This document shows, one piece after another, positions 1-9,730 of a DNA stretch of 32,224 nucleotides; the first letter of the stretch is position 1; each line of letters starts with the position of its first letter. This stretch comes from Octopus bimaculoides (lineage: Eukaryota), in NCBI RefSeq assembly GCF_001194135.2, contig NC_068996.1, forward strand, positions 37,444,258-37,476,481, given 5' to 3'. The position numbers and the translations under genes were made by a program. Under the pieces are notes generated by a model, which searched no databases, had not been told where the DNA came from, and worked only from the letters and a program-made list of their open reading frames with translations.

Positions 1-420
1 ACTTTATAATGTGTGCTGAGTGCTAGAGGTGGCAAGCTGGAGAGCTGCACCAGGTTCCAGTCTGATTTGGCCTGGGTTTCTACAGCTGGATGCCCTTCCT
101 AATGCCAACCACTTTATAGTGTGTGCTGAGTGCTAGAGGTGGCAAGCTGGAGAGCTGCACCAGGTTCCAGTCTGATTTGGCATGGTTTCTATGATTGGAC
201 GCTCTTCCTAACACCAACCACTCCAAGAGTTTAATAGGTGCTTTCTATGTGCCACTGGCACAGGTGCCAGTTACATGACACTTGCATGGGTGCCGGTTAC
301 ATGTCACCGGCATTGACCATGGTTGCAATTTCACTTGGCTGATTGATGCATCTTCTCAAGCACAGCATATTGCCAAATGTCTCATTTACTTGTTAAGCAT
401 ATTGCCAAAGGTCTCAGACA
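1..420 (-). mobile_element. RTE-family LINE 3' UTR-derived segment containing a 110-bp tandem duplication (cut by window start)
   Basis: Contains tttctacagctggatgcccttcctaatgccaaccac, also present in the RTE 3' UTR at 8871-8906. Positions 1-70 and 111-180 are identical at 69/70. Confidence 0.7.
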
Positions 421-1438
421 CATTAGTTGTTATTTCAGTGGTCGCTTAGTCTTATTAGTTCATCACCATAAATAGGTTGATATGAAACAAACAAATCAGA
501 ACGAAATGATAAACTCAAAGATCATCACTAACTACAACACATCTTAATTGCAATCCAAAATACCTTTTACCCTCACAAAATGATCTGAAGCATTATATTT
601 ACAAATACCATTTTTGATAAAAAAACATGGAAGTTGAACTTAAGCTCACTATCGTCACAAGATTGTTTGAAGCTAAGAGAGATTCATGAAATATATAATT
701 CCTTTTCAAATTATTTCGTTTTTGTATGTGGTTTGCAAGAATCTTTATGTGAATTTGTGTGTTGAAGCAAATTTTGTTGTGTCTGGGGAGAGTCATTGTC
801 CCTAGATACAACAAAATTTCAAATTATTACTTTTTCAGAAGCATTTGAAGTGCTTCTTGGTCTCCTGGAAAGTGAAATAATTTTTTTGAAGATAATTAAT
901 TTTTGGAACAAAATCTTTAGTCTGTAATCCTTGATTTACTACTAATCATTTGAACTCTTTTCTATTAAATTTTAATTAACTTTGGCAACAGATCTACTTA
1001 TTTGTCCCAGACTTAGGAGTAACAGAGGTATGTGTAAACAGCCTGGCTTAACAAAACTGAAGTCAAAATTACTGTTATCAGTTCCCATTTTCTTTTATTT
1101 TTAAGATTATTTTCCCTTTGCTTCTATTCAGATTATATTCTTGCACAAAATAACCAATAGGCTACAGAATATTCAGCAGTCTCTAGATCAGAAGAGAAAA
1201 AGTTTCAAAGAGCTAGAAAGATGCTGCCGTATTGTATTGTATGACAAATTTTCCAACAAGGGTGGCTTTAATTATTCGGAAAAAGCAGAAGACAAAATGA
1301 AAACCAATGAATAGAACCAAGGCCTTAGAAATTCTGTATTGGAGTTCAATGATTTATGTTGAGAATCATTTCATGTTAACAGGAAATTTGTAAATTTCCT
1401 GTTACACTGGTACTGAAATGTTGTGCTGTGATGTAGCC

Positions 1439-1845
1439 TTGACAGTTTTTCTAACCAAGAGAGGCTTGACGTTTAGGAGTAACGAAGAACTAAGCACAAT
1501 GAGAATTTTTCAGAAATTATGGAACTTCTTGCACAATTTGATCCATTTCTAATGGGTCACTTGAAATCATTTAGCAATCCCAGAAATGGTAAGCAATCAT
1601 ACTTATCATCCACCATCTATGAAAAAATTGTTCTGTTTATAGAAAAATATGTTAATCATATTGTAGTAGAACTTAAAACTTCCAAGTATTTTTCTGTTTA
1701 TATAGATTCAACACCAGACAGGGCTCATGTTGACCAGCTAACAGTTATTGTGTGTTATGTTGTTTCTGGGATGCTGATAGAAAGGTTTTTTGACTTTACT
1801 GCAGACTGGTTCTCACAAAATTTAAGTACTAATTACATCTCTTAG
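1439..1845 (+). pseudogene. hAT-superfamily transposase remnant (Tip100/ZMYM1-like, DUF4371-type region)
   Basis: ORF 1519-1845 reads ELLAQFDPFL..HL...YLSSTI...KYFSVYIDSTPDRAHVDQL..IVCYV...ERF, the region around the first catalytic Asp. Upstream frameshifted FLTKRGLTFR resembles FLA.RGLAFRG. Truncated; no TIR or TSD found. Confidence 0.8.
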
Positions 1846-1962
1846 AATTACTTTTAAAAAGTGAAGGGGGCAAATATAAATTTTGAAACCTGCCAATAAT
1901 CCATGATGAAACCATATGAAGGGCTTGCTGTTAAACATTTTGACCGAATGATAACAATAATG

Positions 1963-2170
1963 ATCCTTTCAACTAAAGGCACAAGACCTGAAACTTGAGG
2001 GGAGGGGGCCTAGTCGATTACATTGTCCTCAATGGTACTTAATTTATCGTCCCTGAAAGCATGAAAGGTAAAGTCAACCTCAGCAGAATTTGAACTTGGA
2101 ACATAAAAATGGACAAAATGGCTTAAGCATTTTGCCCTGCATGATAATGATTCTGTCAGCCTGCCACCTT
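1963..2170 (-). mobile_element. tRNA-derived SINE, family A (degenerate)
   Basis: Colinear with the 2392-2625 copy (gtcgattac..tggtacttaatttatcg..atgaaagg.aaagtcaacctc.gc.gaatttgaact), with an alternative 3' tail (ggcacaagacctgaaact). Confidence 0.75.
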
Positions 2171-2198
2171 TATAATAATGATAATAATGATGGTAATT

Positions 2199-2652
2199 TA
2201 AAATTTTGGCACAAGGTCAGCAAGTTCGAGGGAGATGTAGGTCGATTAAATTGACTCCACTGCTTGGCTGGTGCTTATTTTGTCAACTTCAAAGGATGAT
2301 AGGCAAAGTCAACTTCAGCGGAATTTAAACTCAGAATGTAAAGATGGATGAAATGCTGCTAAGCATTTTTTCCTGATGTGCGAAGGATTCTTATTTCTTT
2401 ATTACCCACAAGGGGCTAAACATAGAGGGGACAAACAAGGACAGACAAAGGGATTAAGTCGATTACATCAACCCCAGTGCGTATCTGGTACTTAATTTAT
2501 CGACCCCAAAAGGATGAAAGGCAAAGTCGACCTCGGCAGAATTTGAACTCAGAACGTAGCAGCAGACGAAATACCACTAAGCATTTCACCTGGCTTGCTA
2601 ACGTTTCTGCCAGCTCACTGCCTTAGCAAAGGATTCTGCCAACTCATCACCT

Positions 2653-2653
<1 letters not shown>
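2199..2653 (-). mobile_element. tRNA-derived SINE, family A, split by a nested copy (2199-2391 + 2626-2653)
   Basis: Body runs to ...gcgaaggattct (2391). Its head resumes after the nested copy as gcaaaggattctgccaactcatcacctt (2626-2653). Confidence 0.8.
2392..2625 (-). mobile_element. tRNA-derived SINE, family A, full length, nested
   Basis: Minus strand shows an A-box-like tggcagaaacg, a B-box-like gagttcaaattc, central cctttcatccttttggggtcgataaattaagtacc, and an aataaagaaata tail. Flanked by an 11/12 direct repeat. Confidence 0.9.
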
Positions 2654-2707
<54 letters not shown>

Positions 2708-2713
2708 CGTAGT
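2653..2713. repeat. (TAG)n microsatellite
   Basis: About 20 near-perfect tag units. Confidence 0.95.
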
Positions 2714-2715
2714 AA

Positions 2716-2800
2716 TCTTTTCTACTCTAAGCACAAGGCCCGAAATTTTTGGGGTGGGGTGGCCAGTCGATTAGATTGACTTCAGTGCGTAATTGGTACC
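2716..2800 (-). mobile_element. SINE family A, 3' part (runs into N gap)
   Basis: gcacaaggcccgaaatttttgggg..agtcgattagattgacttcagtgcgtaattggtac matches the alternative-tail family A copies. Confidence 0.75.
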
Positions 2801-3214
2801 NNNNNNNNNNNNNNNNNNNNNNNNNNNNNNNNNNNNNNNNNNNNNNNNNNNNNNNNNNNNNNNNNNNNNNNNNNNNNNNNNNNNNNNNNNNNNNNNNNNN
2901 NNNNNNNNNNNNNNNNNNNNNNNNNNNNNNNNNNNNNNNNNNNNNNNNNNNNNNNNNNNNNNNNNNNNNNNNNNNNNNNNNNNNNNNNNNNNNNNNNNNN
3001 NNNNNNNNNNNNNNNNNNNNNNNNNNNNNNNNNNNNNNNNNNNNNNNNNNNNNNNNNNNNNNNNNNNNNNNNNNNNNNNNNNNNNNNNNNNNNNNNNNNN
3101 NNNNNNNNNNNNNNNNNNNNNNNNNNNNNNNNNNNNNNNNNNNNNNNNNNNNNNNNNNNNNNNNNNNNNNNNNNNNNNNNNNNNNNNNNNNNNNNNNNNN
3201 NNNNNNNNNNNNNN

Positions 3215-3421
3215 TATTTCTTTTTTGCCCACAAAGGGCTGAACATAGAGGGGACAGACAAATGGGTTAAGTCGATTACATCGACCCTAGTGCGTAACTG
3301 GTACTTAATTAATTGACCCCAAAAGGATGAAAGGGAAAGTCGACCTCGGCGAAATTTGAACTCAGAACGTAACGGCAAATGAATTACCACTAAGCATTTT
3401 GTCTGGCATGCTAATGTTTCT
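3215..3421 (-). mobile_element. SINE family A, lacking the last about 16 bp of its head
   Basis: Colinear with 2392-2625; stops at ctaatgtttct, where the next copy begins. Confidence 0.85.
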
Positions 3422-3654
3422 TATTTCTTTATTGCCCACAAGGGGCTACACACAGAGGGGACAAACAAGGACAGATAAACGGATTAAGTCAATTACATCG
3501 ACCGCAGTGTGTAACTGGTATTTATTTAATCAACCCCGAAAGGATGAAAGGCAAAGTCAACCTCGGCGGAATTTGAACTCAGAACGTAGCAGCAGACGAA
3601 ATACCGCTAAACATTTCACCTGGTGTGCTAAAGATTCTGCCAGCTCACTATCTT
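3422..3654 (-). mobile_element. SINE family A, full length
   Basis: Runs from tatttctttattgcccacaagggg to gattctgccagctcactatctt; colinear with 2392-2625. Confidence 0.9.
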
Positions 3655-3680
3655 AATAATGGTAATAATGACAACAGTTA

Positions 3681-3794
3681 TTCTTTCTACTATAGTCACA
3701 AACCTGAAATTTGGGGGTTTTGGATTTGTCAATTGCACTGATCCCAGGGCTCTAAAAGGATGGAAGGTAAATTTGGCTTTGGTAGAATTTTAAC
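3681..3794 (-). mobile_element. SINE family A fragment (internally deleted, degenerate)
   Basis: ttctttctactatagtcacaaacctgaaatttggggg ... aaaaggatggaaggtaaatttggctttggtagaattt. Confidence 0.55.
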
Positions 3795-3812
3795 AACAAC
3801 AACAACAATAAT

Positions 3813-4226
3813 AAGTTGATTACATTGACCCTAGTACTCAACTGGTACTTGTTCTATTGGTCTCTTTTGTCAAACTGCTAAGTTCCAGGAACAGAAACAA
3901 ACCAATACCAGCTGTCAAGCAGTGGTGGGAGATAGACAAACATGCACAAAAACACATGCGCACATACATACACACATCCATCCATCCATCCATCCATCCA
4001 TACATACATACATACACATACATATATATATACATACATATAGATAGATAGATAGATAGATATGACAGGCTTCTTTCAGTTTCCATCTACCAAATCCACT
4101 CAGAAGGCTTTGGTTGGCTCAAGACTATAGTAGAAGACACTTGCCTAAAGTGCTACGCAGTGGGACTGAACCTGAGACTATGTGGCTAAGAAGCAAACTT
4201 CTTACCACACAGCCAAGCCTGCACCT
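3813..4226 (-). mobile_element. tRNA-derived SINE, family B body with family A-type 3' segment and internal microsatellite
   Basis: Head (minus strand) aggtgcaggcttggctgtgtggtaagaag..ggttcagtccc matches 27860-28290. Positions 3813-3850 match the family A 3' segment. Confidence 0.85.
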
Positions 4227-4303
4227 ATGATGATGATGATCATGTTGATGATGATGATGATGATGTTGATGATGATGATGATGATGATGTTGATGATGAT
4301 GAT
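4227..4303. repeat. (GAT)n microsatellite with interruptions
   Basis: Direct reading of the sequence. Confidence 0.95.
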
Positions 4304-4339
4304 CTTTAACACAATGCCACAAATGTTGCTGGGAAAGAT

Positions 4340-4448
4340 AGATTTTATTATATCAACTCAATGCTTGACTCGTACGTTATTTTATTGACCCAAGAAGAAT
4401 GTAAAGTAAAGTTGACCTTTGATGGAATTTGAACTCAGAATGTAAAGC
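4340..4448 (-). mobile_element. SINE family A fragment (degenerate)
   Basis: ttattgacccaagaagaatgtaaagtaaagttgacctttgatggaatttgaactcagaatgtaaag is colinear with the family A core. Confidence 0.65.
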
Positions 4449-5144
4449 ATTGCAACTCAATGGTTGCCCATTGAAATTGGACATCTGACTGCATTGTGCT
4501 GGATAAGCTATTAATATAGGTAAGCACAACACATTGGAAAAGACATTTTGTTGAACTATGGATTTAGATATTATGGTAATAGTGATATAACATGAGAAAT
4601 TATTTAGGGATGAAGCTGATAATNNNNNNNNNNNNNNNNNNNNNNNNNNNNNNNNNNNNNNNNNNNNNNNNNNNNNNNNNNNNNNNNNNNNNNNNNNNNN
4701 NNNNNNNNNNNNNNNNNNNNNNNNNNNNNNNNNNNNNNNNNNNNNNNNNNNNNNNNNNNNNNNNNNNNNNNNNNNNNNNNNNNNNNNNNNNNNNNNNNNN
4801 NNNNNNNNNNNNNNNNNNNNNNNNNNNNNNNNNNNNNNNNNNNNNNNNNNNNNNNNNNNNNNNNNNNNNNNNNNNNNNNNNNNNNNNNNNNNNNNNNNNN
4901 NNNNNNNNNNNNNNNNNNNNNNNNNNNNNNNNNNNNNNNNNNNNNNNNNNNNNNNNNNNNNNNNNNNNNNNNNNNNNNNNNNNNNNNNNNNNNNNNNNGG
5001 TGGTGGTGGTGGTGGTTGAATTGATGAATATGAAAGAAAACGATGATCTTGAAAAGTTTTGAAATTTAATTCTAATGATTACACGCACACAAACACACAA
5101 CACACACATGCACATATACACACATGGAAAAACAAAAAAAGCAA

Positions 5145-5270
5145 ACGTGTTGTTAAGAAGCTTGCTTCCCAAATATGTGCTCTTGCATTCAGTCTTACTG
5201 CTTTGTGAGTGAATTTGATTGATGGAAACTGAAAGAAGTTCATCATATATGTGTGTGTGTGTGTGTGTGT
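5145..5270 (+). mobile_element. SINE family B, 5' fragment with deletion, ending in (TG)n
   Basis: gttaagaagcttgcttccca..ttcagtc..ctttgtgagtgaattt..gatggaaactgaaagaag. Confidence 0.65.
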
Positions 5271-5275
5271 AAATA

Positions 5276-5331
5276 TATCATCATCATCATCATCGTTTAA
5301 CGTCCGCTTTCCATGTTAGCATGGACTGGAC
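5276..5331 (-). mobile_element. Extreme 3' terminus of RTE LINE with (GAT)n tail
   Basis: (cat)n cgtttaacgtccgctttccatgttagcatgg is nearly identical to 8760-8801. Confidence 0.8.
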
Positions 5332-5693
5332 AATATATAAGACGTAATTAGGATTCAGTTGAATTAGGTACTTCAGTTGAGGCACCAAGTCAGTCCAGTA
5401 TTGTCCTCATAGCAGCTCGAAGTTAGATAAATAAAAAGCAAATAAGTGTCCGGGTATTACTGCAATACGGCCATTTCAAGTAGTTCAATTTAATTGATCA
5501 ATGCAAACATTACATCAATTTGTTAAAAAATTATAATGGAGTATCCTGTAGGTTGGAAATCTATATGAGAATGGAGGAGAGTGGTTTATTTCAAACTGAT
5601 GTAATGTTTCCATTGATTGATTAAATGGAGCCACTTGAAACAGCCGTAATGCACTGATACCTAGACATCCGTGTTACTTATCTGCTTTATATA

Positions 5694-6380
5694 TTAGGTT
5701 GTCAAGACAGTTCTTGTGGAATTTTAAATTTTGGTTTTAAATGATATATTTTCAAATTAATTTTCGTTAAATTACTTTGACTTTACATATAATTTTAAAG
5801 CCCATTTTCCGCTCTATCTAATCGTGTTACTCGTTTTCTTTTTGAATAATTAGGCCATTTTCTCCAGAACGTTGAATACAACATGTGCAAAAAGCAAATT
5901 CGCACAGTTTTCTTATTCCAGTTCAAGCTAGGCTAAAAAGCTGCTGAAAAAGCTCGCGATATCAACAATGCATTTGGCCCATGAACTACTAATGAACATA
6001 CAGCACAATGGTGGTTCAAGAAATTTCATAGCGGTGACGAGAGTCTTGAAGATGATAAGCGTAGTGGTTGGCAATCAGATGTTGACAATAATCAACTAAG
6101 AGTCTTAGTTGAAGCTAAACCATGCACAACTGTTCGAGAGCTTGCTTCTAAATTAGACGTAATGTATACAACAATTTCCAACCACTTGAAAGAGATTGGA
6201 AAATCAAAAATACTTGAGAAATGGGTACCACATGAATTGAAACGACAACCAAAATAAAAAACACTGTTTTGAAGTGTCATCTTCTCTTCTTTTGCACAAC
6301 AAGAATGACCTGTTTCTCGACCGGATTGTGACTTGCGATGAAAAATAGATTCTTTACAACAACCGGCGACGGTCAGTTCA
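5694..6380 (+). mobile_element. Mariner transposon, 5' half, Hsmar1/SETMAR-like transposase pseudogene
   Basis: TA followed by TIR-like ttaggttgtc... From ATG 5883: MCKKQIRTVFLFQFKLG*KAAE..INNAFGP*..QWWFKKF..GDESLED..RSG..KWVPHEL (WVPHEL at 6222-6239). After a frameshift: FEVSSSLLLHN..FLDRIVTCDEK*ILYNNRRR. Stops at 5934 and 5982; 3' half absent. Confidence 0.92.
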
Positions 6381-6536
6381 ACCTACACAAGTTAATGTGT
6401 GAAAAACAAAATAGGAATTTTTAAAGAAGTTTCTATAAAACTAGCTTTTAAACATTGAATGGCTATGGAGGTGTACCAGAATAAAATAGTAATCAAAGGG
6501 ATTCATAGATAAAAAAGAAATGGTTCAGAGCCCCTG
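6375..6536. mobile_element. Partial hAT (Charlie-type) MITE, one end only
   Basis: Ends in a Charlie-like terminus tggttcagagcccctg. Positions 6375-6442 recur at 6601-6668 (62/68) and 6446-6530 resemble 7452-7535. Confidence 0.55.
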
Positions 6537-6544
6537 CTTTATAT

Positions 6545-7540
6545 GTATTGGAATATGCATTGCAAGAAACATCTAGTTTTCTTTCTCTAACATTTTTGAT
6601 AGTTCAACGTACACGAGTTAATGTGTGAAAAGCAAAATAGGAATTTTGAAAGAAATTTCAATAAAACTCTGTAAAAAACCATGTAATTTGTGCACCTGTG
6701 TAATTTATGCAGGTGATTTTCAGGATAAAAATAGTTAAAAAAAGCTTCTACTCATAAAATTTGCATCCAAAAGTTTTCAGAACGGCTGATATGGCCAGGG
6801 GGAAAAGGTTTTCAATTTAGTTGTATTTAGTATAATTTCACTTACTTATGATTAGATTTTATTAAATTTTCATTAAATAAAACTAATTTCTGTTTCACAG
6901 GTGTTGTTTATAATAAACTTTATTTTAGATTTCTTGCCCACAAGAGATTATGTCCATTCTTTAGCATACTGCTGTATGTCTTCTCAAATCACGATTATAG
7001 GAAAAGTTGTTGATAAGAATTATCAACAAAAACAAAGCTGATAAATACGCACAGGTATTGCAAATTAAGTTTAATTGCCAATAAACATCAGCTTGGATGA
7101 CACTTTACTCAACCGAGTAAAATATGACCTGGACCATGGTTATCAGCATGAACGTCAGACTTCAAAAAGTAGTTAACCATTTAATGGTTTTAGTAAATTT
7201 ATTCAGAAAAAGTAAGCATTGTACCATTCAACATAAATAAAAGTCAACTTCATTATATTTATGCCGTTATTTTTTCTGTAAATGAGTCAACTTCCGGTAC
7301 AAATGTTTATGTTTTGTATGGCTTTTTACAACAAAAAAAATTTCTAATAAATTCTGGAAACGATTTACTCATGTAATTTATGCACCCACTAAAGTTTATT
7401 TTTATTTTTGTGAAAAAAATGCGTAAATTACATGCTTTTTTTTTACAATACTTTTTAAACATCAAACAGCTATGGGAGTCCACCAGAATATAGTAGTCTT
7501 CAAAGGGGTTTATAGGTAAAAAAAAATGGTTGAGAGTCAG
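6545..7540. mobile_element. Second partial copy of the same MITE, interrupted by the 6669-7448 element
   Basis: Its two halves (6601-6668 and 7451-7540) match the contiguous 6375-6536 copy. Confidence 0.55.
6669..7448. mobile_element. Non-autonomous TA-targeting DNA transposon (pogo/Tc2-like), about 780 bp
   Basis: Imperfect TIRs ctgtaaaaaaccatgtaatttgtgca and tgcgtaaattacatgctttttttttacaa; subterminal gtaatttatgca motifs; TA at 7449-7450. An empty-site paralog ataaaac-TA-gcttttaaacat is at 6435-6455. Confidence 0.65.
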
Positions 7541-7729
7541 CAAGTAAGAGAAGAGGAAGAAAGAAATATAAAGAGAAATATTTTTAGTTGAAACAATTAA
7601 AAGATTTAGGAGAGAGAGAGAGGGGAGTTCTTGAGTTGCACATTTTTGGTTAAGTGTCTGGAACTGAGACTGTGTGGAAACTGAAACCATTGCACATAGG
7701 AAAGCCATGACAATCATTTAATTTACAAA

Positions 7730-8169
7730 CATGCATACACACACACAAACCAATATACACTAATACATGAATACATACACACATACACACACACACATAC
7801 AGGCACAGACAAAGATGTATGCACACACATTTTTGTATTGATTTTTGTTTATTTTGTAACAGTATTCTTTATATTATCAAATGTTTAGAGTCATATGACT
7901 ACAACATGGTCATTGACACACTGACACTGTTCTATTGATACATACATACATACATACATACATACATACATAAATACATACATACATACATACATAAATA
8001 CATACATACATACATAGACACACTTACATACATACATACATACATATATACATATGTACGTACATACGTTTGTTCATACATACATAGTTACATACAAACA
8101 TACATACATATACACATACATACACATATGCATACATGCATACATACAAGTATACACACATACATACAC

Positions 8170-8201
<32 letters not shown>

Positions 8202-8270
8202 GTACATGCATACACACAGACACACACACACGCACACGTACACACGCACACACTCACACACACATACACA
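7730..8270. repeat. Compound (CATA)n/(CA)n microsatellite region
   Basis: Direct reading; includes a short unique spacer around 7830-7935. Confidence 0.9.
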
Positions 8271-8520
8271 CATCATCATCATTATTTATCCTCCCTTTTC
8301 CCATACAGGCATTCATTGGACAGTCCAACATGAATTTGCAAGCCAGAGGGCTACACTGAGCTCCTATATCTACCTTGGCATAGTTTTCTACAGCTAGGTG
8401 CCTTTCCTAAAATGAATTACTTCATAGAATGTACTAGGTGCTTTTTTTTTCATTGCCCCAGCACCAGTGAGGTCACTAAGTACTCACAAGACAAGACCCC
8501 TCAAATGAAAGATGGAGTGT
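8271..8520 (-). mobile_element. Old degenerate RTE 3' UTR-type element with (GAT)n tail
   Basis: (cat)n..ttttcccatac.ggcat..ttggacag and ttggcatagttttctacagctaggtgcctttccta, diverged from 8760-8910. Confidence 0.55.
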
Positions 8521-8751
8521 AGTATTGAGTGATATGGAAGAATGATAGAGGGACAAGAGCAGAAGACTTGGCTTGCTCAGCTGGAAAGAAAGAAAAAGAG
8601 ACATGTGATGTTAATTTACAAGGTGAATATGAAAGAAAGACTATATATATATATATAATTATGATAATAATTATATATATATTATTTTATTATTTTAATA
8701 TTTATTACTTTGTACTTTTTTGATTTTTATTATAGGCCTTTTTAGTGTATT

Positions 8752-9667
8752 TCATCATCATCATCATCATCGTTTAACGTCCGCTTTCCATGCTAGCATG
8801 GGTTGGACGATTTGACTGAGGACTGGTGAAACCGGATGGCAACACCAGGCTCCAATCTAATTTGGCAGAGTTTCTACAGCTGGATGCCCTTCCTAACGCC
8901 AACCACTCAGAGAGTGTAGTGGGTGCTTTTACGTGTCACCCGCACGAAAACGGCCACGCTCGAAATGGTGTCTTTTATGTGCCACCCGCACNNNNNNNNN
9001 NNNNNNNNNNNNNNNNNNNNNNNNNNNNNNNNNNNNNNNNNNNNNNNNNNNNNNNNNNNNNNNNNNNNNNNNNNNNNNNNNNNNNNNNNNNNNNNNNNNN
9101 NNNNNNNNNNNNNNNNNNNNNNNNNNNNNNNNNNNNNNNNNNNNNNNNNNNNNNNNNNNNNNNNNNNNNNNNNNNNNNNNNNNNNNNNNNNNNNNNNNNN
9201 NNNNNNNNNNNNNNNNNNNNNNNNNNNNNNNNNNNNNNNNNNNNNNNNNNNNNNNNNNNNNNNNNNNNNNNNNNNNNNNNNNNNNNNNNNNNNNNNNNNN
9301 NNNNNNNNCACCACATGTCCATACCAGCGCAATCGTCTCTCTTGCACACCACAACTGATGCTTCTAATGTTCAGCTTTTCTCTCAAGATACTTACACTCT
9401 GACGGGTATTCACATTGACATTACACATCCAACGGAGCATACTGGCTTCATTCCTTGCGAGCTTACGTATGTCCTCAGCAGTTACAGCCCATGTTTCACT
9501 GCCATGTAGCATGGCTGTTCGTACGCATGCGTCATACAGTCTGCCTTTTACTCTGAGTGAGAGTCCCTTTGTCGCCAGCAGGGGTAAGAGCTCTCTAAAC
9601 TTTGCCCAGGCTATTCTTATTCTAGCAGCTACACTTCCAGCACACCCACCCCCACTACTAACTTGGT
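8752..9667 (-). mobile_element. 5'-truncated young RTE LINE (ORF C-terminus, 3' UTR, (GAT)n tail), spanning an N gap
   Basis: Minus-strand open frame QVSSGGGCAGSVAARIRIAWAKFRELLPLLATKGLSLRVKGRLYDACVRTAMLHGSETW..RNEASMLRWMC..QERRLRWYGHV. The 3' UTR ends in palindrome ccatgctagcatgg followed by the (gat)n tail. Confidence 0.93.
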
Positions 9668-9730
9668 AAATTTTCTATATGTGATTGTGGATTTTCATGG
9701 ATGAATTCAATAATTGTGGTTTTTTTCTCT

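Noticed and set aside
837-857. 7-bp hairpin agaagca/tgcttct as a Helitron 3' end or terminator
   Set aside because: No CTRR terminus follows, and such short stems are expected by chance.
1963-4448. Regularly recurring repeats as a CRISPR-like array
   Set aside because: Units are 100-400 bp SINE copies of variable length, with no constant repeat-spacer period and no cas genes, in a eukaryotic context.
6376-6390. caaccta as the right TIR of the first mariner
   Set aside because: Only 7 bp match, and the sequence belongs to the adjacent duplicated unit.
6590-6672. Apparent splice acceptor plus short open frame (FNVHELMCEKQNRNFERNFNKTL*)
   Set aside because: It lies within the duplicated MITE-derived segment and has no donor site or homology.
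8730-9700. Target-site duplication for the young RTE
   Set aside because: No matching direct repeat could be found at the two ends, so none is claimed.
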